NCBI GenBank assembly: GCA_031409335.1
Contig: JANNWY010000149.1
Span: 1 to 41,454, forward strand
From: Chthoniobacteraceae bacterium
GTDB lineage: Bacteria > Verrucomicrobiota > Verrucomicrobiia > Chthoniobacterales > Chthoniobacteraceae
Length of the DNA: 41,454 bases
Reading direction: 5' to 3'
Under the pieces are notes generated by a model. It searched no databases, was not told the DNA's origin, and worked only from the letters and a program-made list of their open reading frames with translations. Below are positions 9,088-18,793 of the stretch, piece by piece; position 1 is the stretch's first letter, and each line of letters starts with the position of its first letter. The translations under genes and the position numbers were made by a program.

Positions 9088-11670
9088 TTACGGCACCAAT
9101 CCTTGCAGCACCGGTTGCGAGACTTGGGCGATGCGGGCCTGGTGGTTGAGGAAGGTGTCAGCGATGAGCGTGTCCATCCCGGCGGTGGCGTCGAGCAACT
9201 GTTTGAGCAGGGGCTCGAGATCGTGGGGGCGCGCGGGGCGGGGCGCGTCCCGTCCGGATTCCACGCGGTCTTCATCCTGCGACTGGCGGACGTATTCGGT
9301 CCAGTCGATCGTTTTGAGACGGCGGATGAGGGCTTCGACGCCGGCGACAGCAGTGGCGGCGCTGGCGATTTCCTGGGCGGTGCTTTCCCGCAAAAGGGTG
9401 CCGCAGCGGGTGAGGCAGCGCAGGACGGAGCGGGGGACTTCGGCGTGCTGGAGGAGCAGTTCGAGGACGTTGCGCGGCTCGGTGCGCATCTGGAAAATGC
9501 GGCGGTAGGCATCGCGCGTGCCGAGCAGGCGGAGGAAGGCGCTCAGTTCGATCTCGCTCGCCTGCGCTGTGCTTTCGCGTCCGACGAGTGCGCTGGCGAT
9601 GGAAACGACGGAGTTCGCGGTGATGATCGCGCGCTCGATGAATTGTCCGATTTCACAAAACCGCCAGCCATCGTCGGCGAGCATCGTGTTTGCGCACACG
9701 GCGAAGAATTGCGGGATGACTTGCGTGACGAAATCCGCGGTGCGCCTCGTGTTCGCGGCGGCTTTGTTTTCGACGAGATCCTCGCGAAAACGGGCGCGCT
9801 GGAATCGCGTGTGCAGGTTGGTGATCGTGGCCCACGCCTCGGGGCTTAGGCTGTCCTGCACGGATTCGGCATTGAAGCGCGCGCGCAGAAATGTGCTGAC
9901 GACGGAGCCGACTTCGGGCGAGAGCATGAGGCGATAGCGGTCGAGGCGATTGGTGATGCTGCGGCGGCTGGTGCCGGCGGATTTTTCGAGCGGCGGCAGC
10001 AGCCGGTTCCACATCGGGCGATAGTGGCGGCGCTCGGCGCTGTTGAGTTCCTCGGTTTCCAGCGTCTCGATGACGTTGATGAGGTAGGCCTGATGATGCG
10101 CGCGCTCGAGGTAGCGGCCCATCCAGTAAAAGCACTCGGCGACGCGGCTCGTCACCTGGCGCGGCGGGAGCGTGGTATCGGGGACGTGGCGCGCGAGCAT
10201 CGGCAGCAGCGGCGCGGTGGTGGCGTCGTTCAGCACCCAGGAATCCTTGCTCGTCCAGCCAAAGCCGAAATCGCCCGGCGCGGCGGTGCGCGAGAAGACG
10301 CGGGTGAGCGCGCCGGGGAAAACGTCGAAGTCCTTTCCCGAGCGCACCGCGAAAATCATGTGATCCTGCGAGTGCGAAACCTGCCGACCTTCCTCGAAGC
10401 AGACGGTTGCCGCGCCTTCTTCGCCCGGCTGGGCAATGAATTCCGCCGGGGCGCGCCGGATTTCCGCGCGCAGATTCGTGGCATCCGCGGACATGCCCGG
10501 CTCCCAGGAGCCGCTCGCATTTTCCCGGAGGATCGGGCGGATGCGATAGTCGTCGAGATTCTCGAGGACCAGCTCGCGCTGATCGATGTCGCCGAGCCAG
10601 AGCGTGGGGACGGTGGGAAGGATTGGTTGTTCTCCGAGGTAAAAGCGGATGATTTGCGAGGCGAAAGCGAGCAGGCTGCGATCGTCCGCGAGTTGGGCAC
10701 CGACGGCATTCACGAGGGCGACCGTGCCTTTTCGCAGGCAGTGGACGAGCCCGGGAATGCCGAGCATGGAATCGCGCCGGAAAACGAGCGGATCGAGCCA
10801 CGCGTCGGCCACGCGATTGTAGATGACCTCCACGCGCTCCAGCCCGCGCACCGTTTTCAAATACACCCGATCACCAAGCACCAGCAGGTCGCCGCCCTGC
10901 ACCATCGGGATGCCCATGCGCCGCGCGAGGAAGCTCTGCTCGGTGGAAACCGACGCGCCCGCGCCGGGCGAGAGCAGGACGACCGTCGGATCACCGCCAA
11001 AGCTGGCCGCCGTGACGCGCAGCCTTTCCAAAACGAGCAGCGGCACTTCGGCGAGTGCTTGCACGGGCATGTCGTGGAAAAGTTCCGGGATCACGCGGGC
11101 AAGGGCGCGTCGGTTTTGCATCATGTAGCTCAGCCCGGTCGCATGGCTGAAGAAATGGCTTTTGACTTGCAGGCCGCCGTCGCGGTTTCGCGTAATGCAA
11201 ATGCCGCTCAGATGGAGAAAGGCGTCGAGCGGTCGTTTCAGCCCGATCGCGGCGTTTTGGTAATGCGGACTGCCGAGCACCACATGGATCGGCACCGCCC
11301 CGGCGCGCAGGATTTCGCGCCGCCCATAAACGTCGTCGAGAAACGCCTCGAACGCCCGGAGCCGCTGGCGAAAGCCACTGACGATCAATTGCCAGTCCGC
11401 GCTCGCAAAAATATGCGGCAGGAGATCGCACGTCCACGGCGGCCGCCCCCACGGGTCATTGCGGATCACATCGAAAGTGACCCCCATTTCGCGAAGCGCC
11501 GCCTCCATGCGATCGTCGAGCGCGCGAAGTTCGGGCGCGGGAAGATCCGAAAGCGCGCGCAGGATTTTGCGGAAAATCGGTCGCGGCACCGCATCCGGGG
11601 AAAAGATTTCGTGCCAGCCCGGCGCGGGCGGCGCGGTGTCAGTTGGCTGAGGCCATGCGTCACGCTCCAT
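9088..11670 (-). CDS. Circularly permuted type-2 ATP-grasp protein fused to an alpha-E domain
   Basis: N-part MGVTF...W.CDLLP, QRLRA, YLKTVRGLERVEVIYNRV, LDPL.FR.DS.LGIPGL, PGALTRV, SKDSWV. C-part SRVAECFYWMGRYLERA and IGQFIERA (alpha-E ER motifs). Start may instead be 11715. Confidence 0.85.
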   Translation of the reverse strand: MERDAWPQPTDTAPPAPGWHEIFSPDAVPRPIFRKILRALSDLPAPELRALDDRMEAALREMGVTFDVIRNDPWGRPPWTCDLLPHIFASADWQLIVSGFRQRLRAFEAFLDDVYGRREILRAGAVPIHVVLGSPHYQNAAIGLKRPLDAFLHLSGICITRNRDGGLQVKSHFFSHATGLSYMMQNRRALARVIPELFHDMPVQALAEVPLLVLERLRVTAASFGGDPTVVLLSPGAGASVSTEQSFLARRMGIPMVQGGDLLVLGDRVYLKTVRGLERVEVIYNRVADAWLDPLVFRRDSMLGIPGLVHCLRKGTVALVNAVGAQLADDRSLLAFASQIIRFYLGEQPILPTVPTLWLGDIDQRELVLENLDDYRIRPILRENASGSWEPGMSADATNLRAEIRRAPAEFIAQPGEEGAATVCFEEGRQVSHSQDHMIFAVRSGKDFDVFPGALTRVFSRTAAPGDFGFGWTSKDSWVLNDATTAPLLPMLARHVPDTTLPPRQVTSRVAECFYWMGRYLERAHHQAYLINVIETLETEELNSAERRHYRPMWNRLLPPLEKSAGTSRRSITNRLDRYRLMLSPEVGSVVSTFLRARFNAESVQDSLSPEAWATITNLHTRFQRARFREDLVENKAAANTRRTADFVTQVIPQFFAVCANTMLADDGWRFCEIGQFIERAIITANSVVSIASALVGRESTAQASEIELSAFLRLLGTRDAYRRIFQMRTEPRNVLELLLQHAEVPRSVLRCLTRCGTLLRESTAQEIASAATAVAGVEALIRRLKTIDWTEYVRQSQDEDRVESGRDAPRPARPHDLEPLLKQLLDATAGMDTLIADTFLNHQARIAQVSQPVLQGLVP

Positions 11671-11757
11671 TTTGCCGGGAGGCTCTAGGCCCGGTTTGGC
11701 GAGGTCAAGCGGCATTCCGGTGGAGGATTGTGATTCAGGTGTGATTGATACAACTGA

Positions 11758-11961
11758 CACAGTCTGGTTGCGTGAATGGGGAACGCGGAGCGCCTTGGAC
11801 TGCGGCGGCAAGCGTCAGCGCGACACCGCTTTTGGAAGGTCTGCGGGTGGGTTCGAGGCGCGCGTCTCCCGCCCGAAAATCATCCGAAAGCGACGTGGCG
11901 CTGACGCTTCCCGCCGCAGTCCAAGGCACCGCGCGCTTCGCATTCGCGCAGCCAGACTGTG
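11758..11961. repeat. Nested inverted repeat (REPIN-like) upstream of the ATP-grasp gene
   Basis: Outer arms cacagtctggttgcgtgaatg / cattcgcgcagccagactgtg. Inner arms gccttggactgcggcggcaagcgtcagcgc... / ...gcgctgacgcttcccgccgcagtccaaggc. Confidence 0.8.
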
Positions 11962-12278
11962 CAAAATCGTTCAATAGCGGAACCAGCGCACGGAAGCAGC
12001 CAGGTAGCTCATGCGGCCCCCTCCTCCTACTCGGCGGGGGGCCGCGCGAGCTGCTTGCCTCCCCGCACGGGTTGCGCTTTGAATCATACCAATTCGCGAT
12101 CGCGAGCGGAACGACGTGGAGTGACCGCGCGCGAGCAGGGCGGCAAAGTAGTCTGCGACTTTAGTCGGCAAAACTGCCGCAAGACCGTGGACGACTAACG
12201 TCGCTGACTATTTTAGGAGGCGGCCCGCGCTGCGCGTCTCGCTTGAGCCTTTACCCTAAATTCGACGATGGGATGGAA

Positions 12279-12403
12279 AACGCAGAGGCGCAGAGACGCA
12301 GAGAAATGGGGGGAAGCACGCTGCTGAAAAGGCTCACCCAGCGGGTGGATATTTTCTGATCCGCGATGGCTCCGTAACTCTGCGCTCTCTGCGTCTCTGC
12401 GTT
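12279..12403. repeat. cgcagag-type inverted repeat element
   Basis: aacgcagaggcgcagagacgcagag ... ctctgcgctctctgcgtctctgcgtt. Confidence 0.7.
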
Positions 12404-12679
12404 CGAAATCCCAATCCCGCTTTTAGGTTTATTCTTTCTCCATGGAAAAGTGGTATCACACCCTGGCTCAGACCCCGATTGAAAGCGTGAAACCCACACC
12501 CGAGGTGACGCAAAATCTGTTAATTTTGTTATCTCTCTGACAAACCACCCTAAATTGACTGACCGATCCTTCAGAATCTCGGCATCGAACCGGAATTCGC
12601 AAATGAACGACAATTTATCAAATTTTCCCTTGCACTCTCCGCAGGTTAGCCGCATAAACACGCCAGAAATCTACCCTCT

Positions 12680-13762
12680 ATGAAACACTCCATCTGCTCA
12701 CGCTCAATTTCTGCGGCCTTGGTGCTGACAGCTTCAGCCCTTTTCTCCACAGAGGTAATCGCTCAAACCACGGCAACGACGATCCCGGTTGGGTTTATAA
12801 CCGCGACTATTCCTGCGGCCCCAAGCTTATCGAACCCGTCGAACAGCGTGGTTTCCATTCCACTTTATCAAACAGCGGCTTTTTCGTCTGCGGTCGACGG
12901 ATTGGTTTCAGCAACTGAGTTTACGATGTCGGGGGCCGTGTTTACTCCGGGTGCTTTTGTCACCGTTCCTCATTTTGTCCGCGTCAAAACAAGCGCCACT
13001 TCTTCGCACGTTGGTAGATTTTTCCTGATTGCGGCGAACACAAACAACAAACTAACAGTGTCTCTTCCGTCTGGCGTTGCCAACATTAACACCGTTGTAT
13101 CCGTGGCTGACACATGCGAGATTGTTCCTGCGAACACTTTGGGAACAGTTTTTCAGTCCGTTTTGCCTCAGCTTAAAAAAACAGACGACCCTGCAACCGC
13201 AGATAATGTTCTGATTTGGGGAGGGACGACTTGGGAAACATACTACTATGATCCCAACTTTAATGGCCCTAACCAAGGTTCGTGGGCGAGCGCCAGCTCT
13301 CTTGATCCTCAAGATGCGACTGTGATTTTCCCTGATGAAGGACTGTTCATTATTCACCGACTAACATCTCCGGTGCCTTTGGTTTTGATGGGAACAGTAC
13401 CTTCGACCGCAGAGAAGTCGGCACTTGCCGGAGGAACGCCGTCGGCTCCGGGATTCACATTCCTTTCTAATCGATTTCCTGTAAATAGCACGTTCGGTAG
13501 CGTGGCGCTGCAAAATCTCCCGGGATGGGTTAAGAATGCTGACCCTGCGGCGGCCGATAACGCCTTGCTCTGGAACGGAAGCACATGGGATACATACTAT
13601 TATGATGCCGACTTTAACGGTCCTGCTCAAGGTGCCTGGGCAAGCGCCAGTTCCCTTGACCCACAGGACTCCACGCCTATTCCGGCGACTTCTGCGCTCT
13701 TCGTCATTCGCAAGGGCGGAGTTCTACAGTCATTAGCTCAGACTTTGCCATACACTCCTTGA
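12680..13762 (+). CDS. TIGR02597-like exported protein with an internal tandem duplication
   Basis: Signal peptide, then TTATTIPVGFIT. Two ~48-aa repeats (ADNVLIWGGTTWETYYYD...WASASSLDPQD / ADNALLWNGSTWDTYYYD...WASASSLDPQD). Adjacent to a PEP-CTERM gene. Confidence 0.7.
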   Translation: MKHSICSRSISAALVLTASALFSTEVIAQTTATTIPVGFITATIPAAPSLSNPSNSVVSIPLYQTAAFSSAVDGLVSATEFTMSGAVFTPGAFVTVPHFVRVKTSATSSHVGRFFLIAANTNNKLTVSLPSGVANINTVVSVADTCEIVPANTLGTVFQSVLPQLKKTDDPATADNVLIWGGTTWETYYYDPNFNGPNQGSWASASSLDPQDATVIFPDEGLFIIHRLTSPVPLVLMGTVPSTAEKSALAGGTPSAPGFTFLSNRFPVNSTFGSVALQNLPGWVKNADPAAADNALLWNGSTWDTYYYDADFNGPAQGAWASASSLDPQDSTPIPATSALFVIRKGGVLQSLAQTLPYTP

Positions 13763-13802
13763 AACATTCACCAATCAAATAACCCCCAGTAAGTACAATA
13801 AT

Positions 13803-14495
13803 ATGAGAAAATATCCGCTACTCGGAGCAGCTGCTGCGCTTTCAGTCCTAAGTCACGTTTCATTTGGTGCAGCCATAACGACCATTAATGTCGTCATCGC
13901 GAAGCAACTATTTGACGAGAACACTCCTGCTTTGGCGCTACCTAGTGGTGTCACTGGTGTCAGTGGCGATGGTGCTATTCTGCAGCTTGGCTATTTTGAC
14001 CAAGGGACAGCGTCGAATTTGTTTGCGGGGCAATGGGTGCCGCTAACCGGAGGAGGCTCGTTTAATCCTCAATTCAATACGACTGTGGGTGACGGCATTA
14101 ACTCCGGTGCTCCAAATAGAGCTAGTTTCCAGCTTTCATTGGATACGACCACTCAGCGGTTGCCAGCAGTCGGTACTCCACTTGGGATTCGGATATTTAA
14201 TCAAACTCTCGCTACCGCTCTGGATGCAGGTAATTCGCGGGGGTGGTTCTCACAGACGGTTGTGAGTCCAGACTGGCTCTGGCAAAATCCTGCGGAGCCA
14301 CCGACTAACCCAAGTATCAGCATAGCATTTACGAATGCCAATGCTAGACTACTGAGTAGTGGGGCTCTCCTTTCTAGCGTCACAACGGTGGCGACAATCA
14401 CACCGATAGCTAATCCTGTTGTTGTTCCCGAGCCGTCCAGTCTGTTGCTTCTGTCGATCGGAGCACTTATAAGTATGAAGCGCCGCCGCTCTTAA
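13803..14495 (+). CDS. PEP-CTERM sorting-domain surface protein
   Basis: Signal peptide; C-terminal VPEPSSLLLLSIGALISMKRRRS (PEP, transmembrane helix, basic tail). Confidence 0.92.
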   Translation: MRKYPLLGAAAALSVLSHVSFGAAITTINVVIAKQLFDENTPALALPSGVTGVSGDGAILQLGYFDQGTASNLFAGQWVPLTGGGSFNPQFNTTVGDGINSGAPNRASFQLSLDTTTQRLPAVGTPLGIRIFNQTLATALDAGNSRGWFSQTVVSPDWLWQNPAEPPTNPSISIAFTNANARLLSSGALLSSVTTVATITPIANPVVVPEPSSLLLLSIGALISMKRRRS

Positions 14496-14516
14496 AAGGC
14501 GATTTTGAACGTATTT

Positions 14517-14555
14517 AGTGGAGGCAAGTCCAATGACTTGCCTCCACTTTTTTTT
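14517..14555 (+). terminator. Rho-independent terminator
   Basis: Perfect 14-bp stem agtggaggcaagtc-caat-gacttgcctccact followed by a T run, just after the PEP-CTERM stop. Confidence 0.85.
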
Positions 14556-14568
14556 GTCATTTAGAGCA

Positions 14569-15876
14569 ATGCCGCAATTTCGATATACCGCCCGTAAGGT
14601 GGATGGAAAGTTGGTTGATGGCGTATTGACGTGTAATGATCGAGCGTCGGCGATCGCTCAGGTTGAATTGCATGGTGGGATACCGATTAAGATCGAATCG
14701 CTAAGCCCAACGACTAGTAGCTCTACATCGCCGACTCACTCAGGCCCGCAAAGTTCGCCGGCTCCCACAGGGCCGATTCAAAGCCTCAGTCACTCGCATC
14801 TTTACCTATTCACCGAGCAGCTCGCGCATCTCCTTTCTGCGGGGATGACTTTGGATGAGGCGCTTGGGATTTTGGTCAAGCGATTGAAGCATCCGCGCTT
14901 GCAGGGTTTGTCGCAGGCATTGCATCAGGGGCTGCTCGACGGTCGGAGTCTTTCGCAGGCGATGCGCGATTTCCCGAAAATCTTTTCGCCACTATACGTC
15001 AACATGGTGTCGGCGGGTGAGGTGAGCGGGGCACTTTCCGACATTCTGAAACGGTTGGTCGTGCATTTGGCCGATGTTAAAGGGTTGCGCGACCGCGTTC
15101 AGCAAGCCCTCATCTATCCTGCCCTCCTCGTCGTGGCAGGCATCGGGTTGATCATCGTTTTCATGACGGTGATGGTCCCACAACTCACCGGATTTTTCAC
15201 CCAAACGGGGCAACCACTCCCCGCACCGACCCGAATCCTGCTCGAAGCGAATCGCATCCTTACCCATTACTGGTGGGTCGGCATTCTCGCGGGTGGAGCC
15301 GCGTTCATGGTCTTCAAGGCGCTCACGCGCACTCAGGACGGTCGTAAGGCATGGGATGCGTTCATTTGGCGGATGCCGGTGTTCAGCATGATCATTCGCT
15401 ACCGATACTACGCGCAGTTCGCGCGGACGCTCGGAACCCTCACCGAAAATGGCGTGACCCTGCTGCGCGCTTTGGAACTACTCGAAGAAATCTCCGGCAA
15501 CGAATTCATCCGGCAGCGAATGGTTTCCGTCCGCAATGCAGTCGTCGATGGAGCCACCCTTTCGGCCGCGCTGGCGAACGAAAAAATCTTTCCCGAACTA
15601 TATGTGGACATGATGTCGGTCGGCGAACAAACCGGCAAATTCGGCGACACGATGCAGATGATCGCGCAGGTGTACGAGCGCGAGTTGGACAAACAGGTGA
15701 AAATCGTCTCGTCACTGATTCCTCCGATGATCATGGTCGTGATTGCCGCAGTGGTCGGGTTCGTCGTTTTCGGAATCCTCTCCGCCGTGTTTGGCATGAC
15801 GAGCAACTTGCAACCGGGCGGGCGCTCGGGTAAGACCAAGCCAATTCCCGCTGCCGTCACACCCACAACTCCATGA
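14569..15876 (+). CDS. gspF: Type II secretion/type IV pilus inner-membrane platform protein (GspF/PilC family)
   Basis: FTEQLAHLLSAG, G.SLSQAM..FP.IFSPLYVNMV.AGE.SG.L, ALIYP and VGEQTG motifs; duplicated T2SSF domains. Confidence 0.9.
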   Translation: MPQFRYTARKVDGKLVDGVLTCNDRASAIAQVELHGGIPIKIESLSPTTSSSTSPTHSGPQSSPAPTGPIQSLSHSHLYLFTEQLAHLLSAGMTLDEALGILVKRLKHPRLQGLSQALHQGLLDGRSLSQAMRDFPKIFSPLYVNMVSAGEVSGALSDILKRLVVHLADVKGLRDRVQQALIYPALLVVAGIGLIIVFMTVMVPQLTGFFTQTGQPLPAPTRILLEANRILTHYWWVGILAGGAAFMVFKALTRTQDGRKAWDAFIWRMPVFSMIIRYRYYAQFARTLGTLTENGVTLLRALELLEEISGNEFIRQRMVSVRNAVVDGATLSAALANEKIFPELYVDMMSVGEQTGKFGDTMQMIAQVYERELDKQVKIVSSLIPPMIMVVIAAVVGFVVFGILSAVFGMTSNLQPGGRSGKTKPIPAAVTPTTP

Positions 15877-16033
15877 TATACTCCAGCGCATCAGGTTTTG
15901 TGAATCTCGAAGCACACGAGAGCGCCAGTCTTGAGCAACGAAGGTGCGTCAACAAGCCAGCCCAGGGCGTTGCCGTGGGTTGGTTTGTTTCCGGGCCTTT
16001 CGCCCTCAACTCAAGTCCTCGGTTTCACAAAGC

Positions 16034-17068
16034 ATGATGCCTGGCAGTATCTTCCGCCAACTCTTGTTCTGCGTGCTGCTACCACTCCTAGCCGCACGCG
16101 CGCAGGAGCTTCACGAGCAGCCGACCCCATTCTCGGCATGGGTTGATTTTCAGTCGATCGGCTCACCGCATTCCGTAAAACAGGCTCTTCCCATTTGGCT
16201 GGAATCCGTCCAAAAGGCTCCACAGCCCGCCAATACAAACGCTCCGGTCAGGACGACTTTTCGCATTCGTTTGCGCCGGGTTGGCCAGTTAAATAATCAA
16301 CTTCAACTCCGCCTCTTCTTTGAAGACATCGTGGGCGCGTCGCCAGTCATCAGCGGCTGGTCCGAGACGGGGGAGAAACACTTTATTACTGAGCCGCTCG
16401 GTTCAGGCCTCGCCCTTGCCACTTCGGAGTCTCTCCTCATTTCTGCCGAATCAATCGACTACATCGACGTGTCCGTCCCAGGCAATGGCACCAACGTGCG
16501 CGGGGCATTTCTCGCTTCGTTGCGAAAGGCGGAAACTCTCCACGCAATCGACTTCGCCGAGCCTGCGGAACTTGATGATGCGTTCGCGAATCTTGCCGCG
16601 TCCACTCCTGCGCCAAATGACAGCTATCTCTACGGTCGGGTAAAAGCCGGTCTCGAAGCCGGTGCCATAGCTCTCTCGCGCGAAGATGCCCCTTCGGTCA
16701 CGTGGGAAATCGAACTCGATGCGATTCCGCTCCTGTCAGTCATCACCTGTGAAATCCTGAACGTGGACCCGCAATCTCCGCCAGAATGGGTCATCAACGG
16801 CACCCCGGTAGGCGAGGCAGCCATTCGCCTGCCAGACTTGGCCGATCCGGCCTATCAAGCCATCGTCCGGCCAGACCAAACGCTGCCGCGTTTTCAATAC
16901 AACGGCTGGCTTCATGGCCAGAAAGCGATCCCACTCGGCCTGCTCCGCGTCGGGAAAAACAAGCTCTCGCTGCGACTCAATGGAAAATCGAACGGACTTG
17001 CGGTGCGTGCTGTCGAAATGCAGCTAAAGCACCACTGGCAACACCTCGACTACAAACTTGTCCACTAA
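16034..17068 (+). CDS. Exported hypothetical protein
   Basis: Signal-peptide-like N-terminus; co-oriented between gspF and gspG. Confidence 0.6.
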   Translation: MMPGSIFRQLLFCVLLPLLAARAQELHEQPTPFSAWVDFQSIGSPHSVKQALPIWLESVQKAPQPANTNAPVRTTFRIRLRRVGQLNNQLQLRLFFEDIVGASPVISGWSETGEKHFITEPLGSGLALATSESLLISAESIDYIDVSVPGNGTNVRGAFLASLRKAETLHAIDFAEPAELDDAFANLAASTPAPNDSYLYGRVKAGLEAGAIALSREDAPSVTWEIELDAIPLLSVITCEILNVDPQSPPEWVINGTPVGEAAIRLPDLADPAYQAIVRPDQTLPRFQYNGWLHGQKAIPLGLLRVGKNKLSLRLNGKSNGLAVRAVEMQLKHHWQHLDYKLVH

Positions 17069-17075
17069 CTTTCGT

Positions 17076-17507
17076 ATGAAATCTTCCCGCCGCCTCCGGT
17101 CCGCCGGTTTCACCCTGCTCGAAATCATGCTTGTGGTAATGATCATCGCGCTCCTCGCGGGCTCGGCGATTTACATGATGGGTGGAAACCTTCAGGTGGC
17201 AAACAATGTCCGAATCAAGGGGGATATACAGTCATTGGGCACTCCGCTGATGGTCTATCGCTCCAGCAACGGGTTCTTGCCCACGACTGAGCAGGGCCTA
17301 AAGGCTCTGGTGACCAAGCCGGAAAGCTCTCCAAAGCCGCGCAATTGGCAAAAGCTGATGGATAGTGTCCCGCTTGATCCTTACGGGATGGAATACGGCT
17401 ACGTTCAGCCAGGGATCCACAATCCTGACAACTTCGATTTGTTTTCATCCGGTCCTGATCGCATCGCAGGCACGCCAGACGACAAAGGGAATTGGGAGTC
17501 TCAGTAG
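17076..17507 (+). CDS. gspG: Type II secretion major pseudopilin GspG
   Basis: Prepilin site G|FTLLEIMLVV, PTTEQGLKALV, DPYG..Y.Y..PG, FDLFSSGPD...GTPDD. Confidence 0.93.
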   Translation: MKSSRRLRSAGFTLLEIMLVVMIIALLAGSAIYMMGGNLQVANNVRIKGDIQSLGTPLMVYRSSNGFLPTTEQGLKALVTKPESSPKPRNWQKLMDSVPLDPYGMEYGYVQPGIHNPDNFDLFSSGPDRIAGTPDDKGNWESQ

Positions 17508-17512
17508 CCGCG

Positions 17513-18793
17513 CTATTTTCCCGGGAAAATCCGGGACCACCAACTGCGCGGAAGCGATGAATCGAAAGTCATGGCAGCGCCTGGTGCTCTCACGCCGCAA
17601 TGGCTGACCAGCAGATGCTTTAACGCGCTCGTTGTTTTTTCGACCGCGAATTTTTCCACCGCGGCTTCGCGTCCCCGCATCCCGAAGCGCGTCGCCAGCA
17701 CCGGATCGGCGAGCAGCTTCTCGATCGCCGCCGCCAGCGCGGGCGGGTCTTTCGGCGAAACGAGGAAGCCGGTTTCGCCATCGGTGATCATTTCGGGAAT
17801 GCCCGCGATGCGCGTCGAGACGACGGGCATTCCGGCGAGCATGGCCTCCACGATCACCGTGGGAAGATTGTCGCTCCCGCCCCCGCTCTCCGGCACTGAC
17901 GCGAGTGCGAAGACATGGGACTCGGCGAGTAGCGCGCGCACTTCACCTTGCGTGCGCGGACCGAGCAAGCGCACGAAACTTCCCAGATTTGCCCGTTCGA
18001 TCCGCGTCTGAAGAATCGTATCGAGCGGACCGCCGCCCACGATCGAGCATTCAAAAGTCCGCCCGCGATCGCGTAAAATCCGGCACGCCTCGATCAAATC
18101 GGCGAACCCCTTTTTCTCCACCGATCGTCCCACGGACACGATTCTCGGTCGCCCGTTTGCCGGAACACGCGGCGCGAATCCATCCGTCGCCACGCCATTG
18201 AAAACGCGCACGATCCGGCCGCGGGCGAACGGATATTTTTCCTCCATCCACCGCCGCGCGAAATCCGTCTCGGTCACCACGAGCTTTGCCCCGCGCACCA
18301 GCATTTCGTTCGTCACGGGAAAGTCATTCTCGCAGAAAATATCGTTCGCGTGACCCGTGAAACTGTAGGTGAAGCCGTGGAGCTTTTTCAGCAGCCACGC
18401 GGTTCGCGCCGCCATCCCGCCGAAGTGCGCGTGAATGTGCGTGATCCCTTTCTCCTTCAGTCGCGGAGCCAGCCATGCGGCTTCGAAGACCCGATTCGAG
18501 TCCGGCTTTTTGCGCCATTCCGCGACGGTGCGACGCACATTGGACCGCGCACGATTGTCCGCGATTTGCGCGTCGATCTCCGCCCGCATCGCGTCGGCTG
18601 CGGGAAGGTAAAAGATCTCGGCATTCAGGTCCGCCGCCACATCTCCCGCATCCTCCGGCTGCCGAATCGACACCAGCCACGGCCGCATTTGCTGGCGCAA
18701 CATTTCTATCGCCTCGCGATACACGAACGTCTGAACGAACGACGGAAATCGTTCGTAGAGGTAGGCGAAGGAATGTGAACCGTCCGCGGTCAT
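17513..18793 (-). CDS. Glycosyltransferase family 4 (WcaL-like)
   Basis: RFPSFVQTFVYRE, HIHAHF, SFTGHANDIF, VGRSVEKKGF, DNLPTVIVEAM. Confidence 0.88.
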   Translation of the reverse strand: MTADGSHSFAYLYERFPSFVQTFVYREAIEMLRQQMRPWLVSIRQPEDAGDVAADLNAEIFYLPAADAMRAEIDAQIADNRARSNVRRTVAEWRKKPDSNRVFEAAWLAPRLKEKGITHIHAHFGGMAARTAWLLKKLHGFTYSFTGHANDIFCENDFPVTNEMLVRGAKLVVTETDFARRWMEEKYPFARGRIVRVFNGVATDGFAPRVPANGRPRIVSVGRSVEKKGFADLIEACRILRDRGRTFECSIVGGGPLDTILQTRIERANLGSFVRLLGPRTQGEVRALLAESHVFALASVPESGGGSDNLPTVIVEAMLAGMPVVSTRIAGIPEMITDGETGFLVSPKDPPALAAAIEKLLADPVLATRFGMRGREAAVEKFAVEKTTSALKHLLVSHCGVRAPGAAMTFDSSLPRSWWSRIFPGK

